Shown: positions 47,935 to 60,434 of the stretch, one piece after another | How the letters are laid out: each line of letters starts with the position of its first letter | Numbering within the stretch: the stretch's first letter is position 1 | Source: Octopus vulgaris | Taxonomy: Eukaryota | Length of the DNA: 64,000 bases | Assembly: GCA_951406725.2 (NCBI GenBank) | Contig: OX597819.1 | Coordinates: 94,736,001 to 94,800,000, forward strand | Direction: 5' to 3' | The notes under the pieces: model-generated | What the model was told of the DNA's origin: nothing | Seen by the model: the letters and a program-made list of their open reading frames with translations, nothing else | Databases searched by the model: none | Made by a program: the position numbers and the translations under genes

Positions 47935-50101
47935 ATGTAAACAGCCATGATCAATGCAGCATATTTATATCAGTGCACAAACATACATGTATACATAGTA
48001 ACCCTTAAGCTTGTGGAATAGACACAACATGTTATCTTGCTGTGAGAATACTTATTAAGAGACTTATGTATTTCATTGAGAGACAAATTAATTTTATTCT
48101 TGACAATATTCCACACAGTTGATACTTGATTACTACAAAGTAGGGATCATTACTTGAGTTATATACAGATTTACTAAGGCAATGTAAATGATTTTTTTTT
48201 TGTTTAGATGAATATATTTAAAGTGTACAAGATGTAATGTCTGAGCAATTGCATAAAAAAGGTTATAATGATGATAGGTATCAAATTATAAAATTTAGGA
48301 AATGTAAACACAGAGCAAAATTTTTCTATCGAGATACTTTCTTCACTTTGTACAAAAAAATAAATAGATATGAAATAAAAGATTATACAAATATCACACA
48401 GTCTGCATAGAAAAATAAATCGGATGAAACGAAAGTGAAGTCCTCTTTCATATTTATGTGTGTACATGTTTTTTATTTCTTTATATTTTTTCACATTTTT
48501 CAAAATCCTTGCTTAAACAGAAGGAACAAAATGGAGACGACCTAAAGATGCTTTAGCTTTGTCAAGGATAATTTTTCTAGTGTCAGTAGCATTATAAGAT
48601 GTACCCAATCTATGCTGTAAAGTGATTTGTGTTTAAAAGAACATTCAGCTTTAAAAATCATGCTGAAAAAAAGCAACAAACAGTCACAATGCAGGATAGA
48701 GGAAAACTCCTTTAACATTGGTGAAATAATAAAATGCCCCTTCCCTGTAAAATAGTTGATGATGGAAAAGACACCATACCATAGAAGCCATGTGTGAAAT
48801 TACAATGTACCAACAACAGAGCTGGCTGAGTTATTTTTCTCTGTTACTGTTTGAGCGAGATTACAAAAGATGGTGTGATACAGCAAGATGTTTTTGAGAC
48901 TCTGCCAACCCATGCCAACATGGAAAAATGGACATAAAATGATGATGAGCAAATATCAAACATATAAACCAATCTATACCAATTATGATAAAACACTTGA
49001 GTTATTCAGTAACAACCTTCTTTTTTAGAAAACATTGTTGTGGTCTGCTAATGCAATGCAGGACGATATTGCTTAACTGACAATGACGATATTGCTTAAC
49101 TGACAACAGTATAATGAGGCCAGGAAAGGTCATAAGAACCATCTATCCTCCTTGAACTTAGGGGGCTCAGTCTGAAGCCTTCTATTTTAGATATAGTTTC
49201 AACTGAATTGATTCAAGCAATATGAGAAGGAAACTTTTATGAGCTACAATGGAAAGAGGTTAACAAGAATGGGTATAAAAAAATATTTTTTCATAGGTAA
49301 TATTGCTAAATTAAGTTATATGTTCTTAAAGTAGATTTTGAAGACATACATGTATTGTTTCTAACTTCAGTACAAGGCTAGTAATTTTGGGAGATGAGAT
49401 TAGTTGTTTATATTTACCCATTATTTTTTGGCCTTTATTTCATTTTTCTATTTTATATGAATAAGAAAAATTGCCAAACATTTTAAGATAAATTTTAAAA
49501 TCAAGACAAATTACAACCAATGAAGTCAAAATAGTACTGGACAACTACGCTGTAGTTCTAACAATCCTACTCTATGCAGATGACATCAGCCTGCCATCTA
49601 ACAGTGGAAGTGAGTGCAAGAGCTCTTGAATAGAGTTTTGATGGTTTACCAAGGTTGATCTTCAGTTAGTTGCTGTAAGAACCATTATCCTCTTGGACTA
49701 TCCATCTCTAATGACAAGAAGCACTGCTCTGTGTGAATGACTTCTAATACCTAGGCTCATGAATCAACTCATCAGAATAAGACCTAATAGTAAAAGAAAA
49801 GGCAGAGAGGGGATCAGAGGGTGGAATGTGTTGGCAAGGAGTTTCATGCCAATCATTTGAATGGCTTAGTGACTAATACTAATTTAATCTACATTTGGCA
49901 AGTATGGATGACAATTGTGGACATGTTTCAGTCTCAATAAAAAAAAAAAAAACGTAACTTGACTGTTATGCCACATACAGATGGGAACCCAAGTAATTTC
50001 CCTGTTTTTATTCTTTGACGTACAGGGTGTTAGCATAGACCTACTTGGTTGCCGTTGAAGCGCTATTAAGCAGTTGTTTCAACATAAACATAAACAAATA
50101 T

Positions 50102-50505
50102 AGGCGCAGGAGTGGCTGTGTGGTAAGTAGCTTGCTAACCAACCACATGGTTGCGGGTTCAGTCCCACTGTGTGGCATCTTGGGCAAGTGTCTTCTGCTA
50201 TAGCCCCGGGCCGACCAATGCCTTGTGAGTGGATTTGGTAAACGGAAACTGAAAGAAGCCTGTTGTATATATGTATATATATATATATGTGTGTGTGTGT
50301 GTGATTGTGTGTCTGTGTTTGTCCCCTAGCATTGCTTGACAACCGATGCTGGTGTGTTTACGTCCCCGTCACTTAGCGGTTCGGCAAAAGAGACCGATAG
50401 AATAAGTACTGGGCTTACAAAGAATAAGTCCCGGGGTCGATTTGCTCGACTAAAGGCGGTGCTCCAGCATGGCTGCAGTCAAATGACTGAAACAAGTAAA
50501 AGAGT
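50102..50505 (+). mobile_element. SINE family A copy
   Basis: Colinear with 10123-10522. Confidence 0.88.
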
Positions 50506-51288
50506 AAATATAACAGGATCTTCAATATTTCCCACATGCGCTACTATCTCTCATTTCAATGTACATCATTCATTTGAGTCAAAGACCAAGTAAACGTATA
50601 AGATTCTACAGAGTTGCTTGACCTGCTCAACCTATCACCTTGTTTTCAAACTTTTCTGTATAGTTTCCAGACTGGAAACTACACTGATAATATAAACGGT
50701 AATAACATTTTATTAGTGTCTTGAGTATCAGAATGTTGAAAGGCACCCAAGTTTTGATTTACAGTTGTACCTCTTTCATATTACATGGTAATGGTATAAA
50801 CGTAATTTTGGAAAATTGTACTTTAGTCTTCAAAAAAATCGCAGGCTGAAGCGGATAAAAGAATTATTAAAGTTTTATTTTCTTATAGAGGAAAAATTGT
50901 TTGCTTACTTAAGAAACTTTTTGACTGAAAACTTAGAAATGATACAATGATGAATCAAGATGGAATTGGATTGAAAATGTCTAAAGTTTCAAGTAGTATG
51001 TTTCTGCGTACTTTTGTGTGAAATAACTGAAGATTTATTTTATATATTTTGAAGATATTGAAGTAAAAAGATTCATTGTTTTGACCTTTATTTTAATGTA
51101 AACACCCATCACAATTTCTGGGTTTTTTTATTATAATAAGAGTTTTACAATTTCTTGAATTTAAAAAAAACATTTTGGATTTTTACCTTTTGACCTACAG
51201 ATTTAAAAAATAATTTTTTGTAACTAAACACTTTCAAACTTCATATATTGGTAGAATGTGTCACATAAAACATCGCTTACTCTTGGCA

Positions 51289-51290
<2 letters not shown>

Positions 51291-51324
<34 letters not shown>

Positions 51325-51860
51325 GTTTAACGTCTGCTTTCCATGCTAGCATGGGTTGGACGATTTTGACTGAGGGCTGGCGAACCAGATGGTTGCACCA
51401 GGCTCCAATCTTGATTTAGCAGAATTTCTACACCTGGATGCCCTTCCTAATGCCAACCACTCCAAGAGTGTAGTGGGTGCTTTTTACATGCCACCGGCAC
51501 GGGGGCCAGTCAGGCGATACTGGCAATGACCTTGCTTGAATCCTTTTACACATGCCACCAGTACAAGTGCCAGTAAGGCGACTTTGGTAACAATCACGCT
51601 CGAATGGTGCCCTTTTACGTGTCACCGGTACGGAAACCAGTTGGCTGCTCTGGCAACGATCACACTCAGACAGTGCTCTTGGCACCCTACTAGCATGGGC
51701 ACAAGTGCCAGTAAGGCGACGCTGGTAATGATCACGCTTGAATGGTGCCCTTTAAGTACCACTAGCACGGAAGCCGGTTAGCCGCTCTGTCAATGATCAC
51801 ACTCGTTTGGTGCTCTTTGCACCCTGCCAGCACGGACGCCAGTCATCGAATTTGATTTTG
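51291..51860 (-). mobile_element. SINE family C copy nested in the left TIR
   Basis: (CAT)n tail plus the family C body with tandem units. Confidence 0.85.
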
Positions 51861-52437
51861 ATTTTGCTTTTGATTGATTTGAAAAATCTGCAATTTGTAA
51901 GTTATTTGTTGTTAAAGTTATCGTATTTCGGTAATTTCAACCAATCACTGACGTCTATTGAGGTGAATACAATTACTACTGTTGTTTGTCAGCAAGAAGT
52001 TCCGGTGGTGTATATTTCGTTTGTCACTGTTATTTCTGACATATTTTGTTTGAGATACACGTGTGTATAATTTATTTTGTTTGTTAAATTATTTTCATTT
52101 GGTTTTAGCGTTTCAGTTCATTTTGTTTATTAAAATATTTTCGTTTGCTTTTAGCGTTTCAGTTCATTTTGTTTATTAAAGTATTTTCGTTTGCTTTTAG
52201 CATTTCAGTTTCTTGTGGCTGTGGAGATGTGCATGGTGGGTTTGTTTCAGAGGAGGATGACTGCATTGGATTAAGGAGCATTGAAGAATGTAGCTTTGGA
52301 GATTCGTATTGGCGAAACTTACTAAAACTTACCGACAGCCTTCACAAAAAGGGACCTAGCCCTTTAATCTAACTCAATAAACATCTGACAAAGTGAGAAT
52401 TGTTTCTGTTGAGGATAGCATTGGTATACCAATGCAT

Positions 52438-52690
52438 TTACAAATGCTTATCCAAAATCTCATTGTAAACAATATTGCGGGTTTTACTCTCAGGGACATA
52501 TACAAACAGGGCATTCCTACTTCCAACGCTGGAGCATGCAACATAAAGTTGCCCATGCGAAAAGCAGCGCTTGCCCAAATGTATTCCTGTAACTGAGAGT
52601 GTCTGTCCCTGTGATTTGTTAATTGACATTGCAAAGCAAGGCTTCACCGGAAATTGCGTCTGGCGTAACATGAAGGGAATGTTTTTTTAA
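52438..52690 (-). pseudogene. Helitron PIF1-type helicase C-terminal fragment
   Basis: QFPVKPCFAMSINKSQGQTL...CFSHGQLYVACSSV...TRNIVYNEIL (helicase motifs V and VI). Confidence 0.9.
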
Positions 52691-52749
52691 TGGCTTTCTG
52701 GGGTGACTGGGGAAATGAATAGATCTTCACGACCACTCGCAGTCACGGC

Positions 52750-52836
52750 TAGGGTTTTAGGGTTTTAGGGGTAGGTTTTAAGGATAGGGTTTTAGGGTTA
52801 GGGTTAGGGTTAAGGTTTTAGGGTTAGGGTTAGGGT
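52750..52836 (+). repeat. Interstitial telomere-like (TTAGGG)n tract
   Basis: Degenerate and perfect TTAGGG units. Confidence 0.85.
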
Positions 52837-53299
52837 TGTCATAAATAACAGTGACAAACGAAAAATACACCGCTAGAAGTTCTTGTTGACAAACAATGGT
52901 AGTAATTTTATTCAGCTGAATACATGTCATTGATTGGTTGAAATTACCAAAATAGGCCTACTTTAACGTGAAATTACTTCGTAAATATAAGTTTTTCCCA
53001 AAAATGCTAAGAGTAAAACATGTTTTATATGACACATTCTACCAGTGTCCGAAGTTTGAAAGTGTTTAGTTACAAAAAATTATTTTTTAACTCTGTAAGT
53101 CAAAAGGTAAAGAATCAACATTTTAAATATATATATATATTGGAGCATATTTTGAATATAAACTTCCTGATTGTAGATCCGAAGTCAGCCTACTAAGTGT
53201 TAATATATTCAAAATATTTCGTGAAGGCACTTAGACATTATTAGAAGTTTAGTGGGTTCTAAGTAGATACAGCTAACGACTCTGTGAAATAATGGTTGA

Positions 53300-53400
53300 C
53301 AATTCTGCTCAGCTTCTGCCAATAAGTCCATACCGCAAAATGGCTGCCAAATCCGGCATGTAATATCTACGTTAGCACCTAGTTTTGATCAGTATCTTCG
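53300..53400 (+). promoter_or_regulatory. Probable non-coding first exon of TBRG4 with a YY1-like site
   Basis: CAAAATGGCTGCC (YY1-like) at about 53336 and a strong donor CG|GTGAGT at 53400/53401. The exon start is not defined. Confidence 0.45.
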
Positions 53401-53667
53401 GTGAGTTTTTGCGATTTCTTTTTCATTGAAAATTGACATTTATATTCGTAGAAATAAATTTACAGTACTTTATTTTGTCTCATCGTGCATTGTATTTTTT
53501 TATAGTTTCATAGTGCCGGTAATTGTGATTACACACCTCACCTTTACTCCTGTCAGTTGATATCCTTCATAAGACATTAATTTATAGCGATCATTTCTTT
53601 TTTGTTGGAATATAGCATTTGCACATTACTAATATAATAAATATATGTGTGTATGTATGTATGTATG

Positions 53668-53707
<40 letters not shown>

Positions 53708-54363
53708 CATGCGTATATATATATGTGTGTGTGTAGATAGATAGGTAGTTCACATATATGTTTATACGTCGTGTTTTCTAATAGATGCATTAAATAAAAC
53801 TATATGTTTTGCTATTACGTTTTCGTTTCTAATCTCCTGATTGTCATATTTCACCCAATTTCTTAAAGATGGTTTAACAGCACTTAATTTGAGGGCATAA
53901 TTACAGTAGATTATTATTATTATTATTTGTCATTTCTCAATGATATAGATTGCTTTGTTTCCTCCCACTAAACATCACTTTTCTATTGTCATCTTGATAA
54001 GTTCTTCAGTATTATCCTAATTTTTAACGATTTTGTTTAATCGATCGTTTTGTCTATCTTATAGTCCAGTGTATGTTTTTATTCCGATAACATTGTGTGA
54101 TTTTCGGTTGGGATCAGCATATCTAGTGATTATATACACTAAGTCAGTTTAATAGAGTAGATCTGTGGTGACAAGTGTTCCAAACATGACCATCATGTCT
54201 TTTTTCACGCAGCGTACCTAGTACTACTTTATCCAATGTCGTCTCGCCTCTTTTTTTTTTCTTTTCTTAAGACGACACAGTATGCTTTAAGGGACTTTTG
54301 GCTGGCTGCTATTTCTAGCATGTTGAGCGATCACATACAAACTCCTTTTTTTACTTATATATA

Positions 54364-54600
54364 TATGGACATTTCATATAAACTCTAGATCTGGCTGTAA
54401 TAGTCGGGCTGTTTAAGTCGTCTTTTAATCAACAGAATGGGTAGAGACCGAATTGAACTACAGCTACAGACAGAATTACTTGTGATTCTCTTTCCGTCCC
54501 TTATAATTCGGTCTACCCATACCACATTCTGTTGATTAAAAGACGACTTAAACAGCCCGACTATTACAGCCAGATCTGGTGTTTATATGAAATGTCCATA
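54364..54600. repeat. Long inverted repeat (~76-bp arms plus an inner stem), MITE-like or fold-back
   Basis: TATGGACATTTCATATAAAC...CAACAGAATG and its reverse complement ending GTCCATA; inner stem GACCGAATT/AATTCGGTC. Confidence 0.85.
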
Positions 54601-56199
54601 ATTTTGCTTATTTAAAGATTAATGATATTTATAATAACTCAATGCAGCTTCCACTTCAGATATTGTTTCTAATTTTTATTCTATGCCTCAATAAATACTT
54701 TACATTCCTTTGAATTTTGCACAACTTAATTATCTATGCAGAATGTCGGGTGATCGTTTCAGTGATTTAAAGAAAATATGTTAATGTTTATATCATTACA
54801 TTTTATATGTCGTAATTATTTTGAAGTTAGATGATTTGTTCACTAAAACAAATAAGCTTTTGCGTTTATCGGTTGTTTTGAATTATCTTTGTTTAAAATC
54901 CATTCATATTCCATGTCACATATCGTTTTACGTGACCTCTTGTCATTCAGTAAAACTGCATAGCTTCAAGTTTTTAGATTAGGCTAGTTTCAAGTTAGCT
55001 ATTTGGATTTTATTTGTTAATTATCAGTATTAGAATACTGTCCTTTTGTCATGAAAACACTTGAACAAGTCTCTTTTCTTATTCGAAATCCTGTCGCTGA
55101 CTTTCTGCAGCACTACGTCATTTCACATGTTCAACAAGAGATAAACTTGACACTTTCGAAAGGGGAAGAAACTAAAGGTCATATGAATATATTTAATCGA
55201 ATATATTACGAAAGTATCGACGAATTCTAACGTTTTAACTGAAAGCTGATAACTTACTCGGGATATTTTTTTTTTACTGATTATTGGGAAATAAATATAT
55301 ATATATCAAGCACATCTAAAAAATAACCATCAACTATTGCAGGATTTTTTTCCTTGTTGCTTTCCATCACCTACTCCCACCTAGCGATGAGGTATACGTC
55401 CTCCTTTGATGATGTTTAGGTTTATGATTAAAATAAGTTAATGTATTTTTGTACAGTTTTGTTTATTCCATAGTTAAAAGAAGATCAGTGTCCATTGAGT
55501 TTCCAAGTCTCTCTTTGTCTGGATAGGAAAAGCTAGATATCGTTCAAATAGTTAGTGAAAGGGGCGGGTTTTAAACACAGGTAGAGTAAAGGTTTCAAAG
55601 AAATGTGGCAGACTAAACATGATGTGCGCAATGGACCTCATCTCTTTTTTTTTTATGTTGGAGAGAGGCCTCAGTCATATGCTGTTATGCGCCAATTGGC
55701 AGGGGCAAGTTTACAATTTTAGATCCTTAATTACATAGTAGCGTTTCGTTTCTGAGAAGCCTTGCTTTTTTCATGAGAACTTGCTGACATTTAGTAGCAC
55801 AAACTAGCAGGTGAAGTGTTTAGATAATCTTCATATCAAATGTTAATTTTATTTTAATTATTGTTGTTTAGCCCCAAGTAGGAGCTTATTGAGCAGATTT
55901 ATGATCAAAACTATTCCAGCCATAAACGTTTTGTCGTCCTCTCATATTCAGGGAATTTAAGGCTACATTAACCAAAGTGTCATTTTCTAAGATGATAGAG
56001 TGTCAATGTAGGGAATTTGAATGTTATTTTTACCTGGTCAAATAAAAAGTCGAGAGAAATATGAGCAGTTCTGTTCTCATATAATTACAGTAGCTAAGAA
56101 ATAGCGTTCTAGTTATATATGTGAGGGAGGGATGGAAATTTCAAAGCTGTGTTTCTGGGAAGTCCTGACTGGTACAGATTAAGTGTGGGGGCATAGACA

Positions 56200-57490
56200 T
56201 TAACAATATGCTTTTGGGAGCACAACAAACCACCTTTCATTTTGGTCGTTGTCATTTCCTTCATGAGCCTCAACAACCTGAGGTCAGATTCTACATCTTC
56301 CTGGGTCTCCCTCTTCCACGAATTCTTTCTACATTTAGTGATCAGCACTTCTTTATACATACGTATCATATGACCATATTAGTGTAGTCTTCTCTGTAGC
56401 ATACTACATCTGATGACATTTTCCTTAACATGTTTTGCACTGTTGTACATGCACACTGGCACTGCACATCCAGTGGAGCATGCTAGCTTTATTTCTATTT
56501 AGTTTTTTTAGTTTTTTTTGCCTGTCTTCTACACTCACAGCTCACACTTCACTACCATATGGCATTGCTGTTTATAATTCATCATACAATCTGCCTTACA
56601 TTCTGAGAGAGAGGCTTTTGTTACCAACAGAGGTAACTGCTCTGAACTTTCTCTGGCCAGTTCGTATCTTAGCAACTACACTTTCAGAACACCCTCCTTC
56701 ACTGCTAATTGTCACCTAAATAACATAAATTGCCTAATACCTCTAAGGATCCTCATAGGCATTTGAGAAAAATCTGGTTTTTGTGTCTTCTTAATGTTTA
56801 CATTGGATACACCATATGAAATTATTATCTACACCATTTCTATATTTCAAACTGGGCCATTTTCCTGAAAGGATAAGTGTACCATCTGTTTTCCTGTTTA
56901 CTAGGGCTTTAGTCTTTTCTAAGTCAACTTTAAAACCTTTTAATTCCAGAAATTGCTTCCTCACCTGGAATTTGCTACAGCTTTAACTATAAAAACAAGT
57001 TCAACAGCATAAAAGCTCTCATGGGTAACTAGTCTTAAACTCCTCTACTATAGTCTGGAGGGCTATGATATATAGACGGGATTGAGAGCCAAACCCTGGT
57101 AAACTTCTACCTGCTCACCAAATTTTCCACTACTCATTTTTAACTCTCACCTTACTACCAGCAGACTTGTGCATAGTTTGGATGGCTCTCACCAACCATT
57201 CATACTCCTAGCTTTCATAACAACCACCAGATTTGGGAATGAGGCACCCTGTTGAAGGCTTTCTTCAGGTTGATGAAAGCCAAATACACTGGTTTATTTT
57301 TGGCTAAATACTTCTTGTGCAGTTGCCTTACTAGGAAGAGAACATTAGTGGCACTTCTCTCTAGCCCAAAACTGAACTACTTCTCACCTACTTATCCTTG
57401 GTAACTCTTTCATTAACCTAAGCCCTGGACCAGCAGTTGATACCTCTGAATTACTCTTCTCTAAGGTATCTCCTTTATCCTTGCTATTCT
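56200..57490 (-). mobile_element. Degenerate RTE-clade LINE
   Basis: The minus strand has AKNKPVYLAFINLKKAF, ELLCC (decayed LLYADD) and a 3' RGRPRK remnant. Confidence 0.7.
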
Positions 57491-58652
57491 CCTAGATGGA
57501 TTGTGGAACGACATCTTGCTCATAAGTTTTATCTTTGGTTTGATTTCTACAGCTGGATGCCCTTCTTAAGATCAGAGTGTTTGGAGTACATTTTTTTCAT
57601 GGTACCTGCACTAGGGTACTTATTATGTTTTTGACAAGACTAAAGGATCCTCCCAAGTTTATACTTACCAGAGTATAATCAATGCATTAAAGAGGATATG
57701 AATGAAAGAGTGATGGATGGCAAGAAGTTGATGACAAATAGCAAGAGTGAATGATGGATGTTGATACCAAATGATTAGTGGGGTGTATAGTTAGATTGCA
57801 TGGAGTATATACAAACCTGATGGGGTTCCTCAAGATGATGAGAGAGTTGGGTTATAACAGTTTCCTCATAAATTAATAACCTTATTCCATGAGCTGTTGT
57901 ACTCAGTTCATTCCTCTCCATTTATTGTCAGTCCTTTATATTCATTACCAAAGTTGTACATCTTTTACTCATCCATCATATAGATAGTATGTTGTACAGT
58001 AATGATCCCCCACCTTTCTGCTATAGTCTGCTGAAGCAGAGTGGACTGGAGCTATTCAACAATAAAGTATGTTTTTCAAACCTCCCACACTTATATTTAT
58101 TTACTATAAACTAAACATTATGTTATGTTCAGATTAGTTATTTTGGCAAACATCTTTCGAGATAAATGTGAACATAAAACCTTTTTGTTTTGATTAATAT
58201 GTTGAAGTTTTATATTGAAAGCTCAACTAATTTTGAATGGGAGTTCATTCAGGTTTTCATTCCTGACTCAATCAAATGGAATAATCTATTTTCAGGGTAT
58301 ATATATGAAGCAATGTGATGATCTAAGACTGCACAATTTCCAGTAGTGTTTAGTCCTTTAGCCTTTTAACTAGCCATATCCAGCCCAAATATTCTATGTG
58401 TTTTATGTTTAAACCAGTCAGATCTGGCTTCTCATAAATACCCTATAACGATGTGTGAGTGTGTTGCAAGAGTCAGAAGCCTGTTTACCATGTGATTGTT
58501 GGGAGTAAGCACATCATGGTAACTTTGTTAAATGTACAGTTTGGATAATTTATTATATAAAGAGATTTAGTTGTGACGCTAATGTGTCACTTATGGTGTA
58601 CTCCTTGTGTTATTTTTATCATTTTTGTATTAGGATATAGTATGCGCATTAA

Positions 58653-58872
58653 CCTTTCAGCATTTAAACTGACAATATCCAGCCCAAATATTCTACCTGT
58701 TTTATGTTGAAACTGGCCAGATCCAGCATCTTGCACCTACCTTACAATGTCAGTCTAAAAATAAATTATCACATCATTGAAATATTGAAGCTACAAGATA
58801 ATGCATGATTCATTCAAAACAATGTGAATGAATAAGCATTACATTTGATAGAGTAATCTGAATGCTAAAGGG
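58653..58872. mobile_element. piggyBac-type MITE
   Basis: TTAA|CCTTTCAGCATT...AATGCTAAAGGG|TTAA. A partial copy lies at about 58350-58450. Confidence 0.75.
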
Positions 58873-59017
58873 TTAATATTTTAATTTTGTTCTTAATTAA
58901 TTCAAATAAACCTTCATGCTAAAATTAATTAATCTTTTTATATTTGTTTTTGTAATTGTATTTTATCAAATAGATTGTGCAAAGATCTTTTTTCTTTTCC
59001 AGTTTCAACTATTTTCT

Positions 59018-60434
59018 ATGTTGACTATGTGGAGACAGCCATCTGCCATCCAGGCATATGCCAGGACTGCATACCAGTGTCATCGGCAACAGATTTCGGA
59101 TGTTTGTAAAGCTGGAGGTTTGCTAGTGCACCCGTTTCCTCCAGAATTTCCAATGGTTGATAATACTGGAGTACATAGGTATACTACGCAGGCTTTCAAA
59201 TCTAAAACTGGTTTCCGGCCTGCTGCTCACAGTAACACTGCCAATAGTAATGTTAACCACAATAGTTACCAAAGTGGACACCAAAGTTATAACAATACAA
59301 ACAGAAAGACAAAACAAGCTGCAGCCAATTTGTACCTGTATGGGAAATTTAACGAGACTGATAACATAGAATTATTACTAGATCAAGTACATTTACGATC
59401 ATTAACTGTTCAAGATCTACCACAGTTTCTGTCCAAGATGAATAATTTGCTACACCATCAAATTGATCTTGATGTTCTTCTGAAAGATGATCGTTTTGAC
59501 AAAGTTAGTAGCACTCTGCACAATAATGTACGTGCCCTAAGCCCAAGTAGTTTGCTACAATGTCTGGAAGCTTTATTTCAGATGAGCAACAAAGATATTT
59601 ATCTGATAGAATCTTTAGAAAAACAAGTACAATGGCTTCTATGGAAGATGTCCATTGGAAGTCTTATTAGAACGCTTGCTATACACAAGCAACACCAAGA
59701 GACACCATTGCGGAAGAAACTTCTCTCAGAGACACTGGGTGTTATTGAAAAGCGTTGGGTAGAGCTGTCTTGTCCCAAAGATCTGATTACCTTGATGTAC
59801 ATTTTAGATGACAACAGTGACCACTTATTTTCTAAAGTGGAAACAAGGGCTTTTGATTTGGTTGAGAAAATGGAAGTGAAAGAGTTGTATCGTGTGACTT
59901 ACCTGCTGTCACGACGTAAACATCGTAACACACCATTGATACGTGCTTTGATTTATCATCTGAATAAAAGCTGCCTCAAGCTTAGTAATATGCATCTGGT
60001 CAACCTCCTTTATGCTTGCTGCAGCCTCAAGATCTATGATAACCATTTGCTGAATAAAATGTCCAACACTTTGGAAAAAAAGGTTCCCCATTTGGAGAGT
60101 AATGTTCTGCTATTCTCCATCTTGACGTCTTTTTCCAAACTTCGTTGGCATCATACACCAGTACTTGATGCTGTATTTAATAAGATTTTTGCTATCCAAG
60201 ATCACCTTGGCCCTAAAGAAATATCACAAATTGTTATTAGCTTTTCTCATTTAGTCTACGACAATAAGGATATGGCAGCCATTTTGCCTAATTTTATGCC
60301 TCGTCTTCATACTTTCCGTGAACATGATCCAATGCAGTGGCTTGAAATTGTCTGGTGCTTGGCTGTTCTGAGACTTTGTGACCAAGAAACTGCTGCAACG
60401 GTGTTGAATTCACACTTTCTCCATCACTTAGACG
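59018..60434 (+). CDS. TBRG4: TBRG4 / FAST kinase domain-containing protein 4, first large coding exon
   Basis: Acceptor at 59001-59002, ATG at 59018 and donor G|GTATGT. ESLEKQVQW, IEKRWVEL, RNTPLIRALIYHL, SFSKLRW and EIVWCLAVL match human QSVEQEVRW, LERRWTEI, RSVPLLRAISYHL, SFALLKW and DLVWALCVL. The RAP-domain exons were not found and probably lie beyond the window. Confidence 0.9.

Larger units (their letters stand above)
51177..53116. mobile_element. Complete GGATC-family long-TIR element (~280-bp TIRs, 8-bp TSD) with cargo
   Basis: The left TIR (51177-51290 plus about 51880-52040) is split by a SINE; the right TIR is about 52837-53116. TSD AACATTTT at 51169-51176 and 53117-53124. Confidence 0.75.

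Noticed and set aside
52374-52690. Host PIF1 gene exon
   Set aside because: The C-terminus (TRNIVYNEIL) is Helitron-type, there are no flanking exons, and it lies inside a TIR element.
58916-59017. N-terminal extension of the TBRG4 ORF (MLKLINLF...)
   Set aside because: It is intronic polypyrimidine sequence upstream of the acceptor at 59002; the same applies to 47467-47640 for RNF32.
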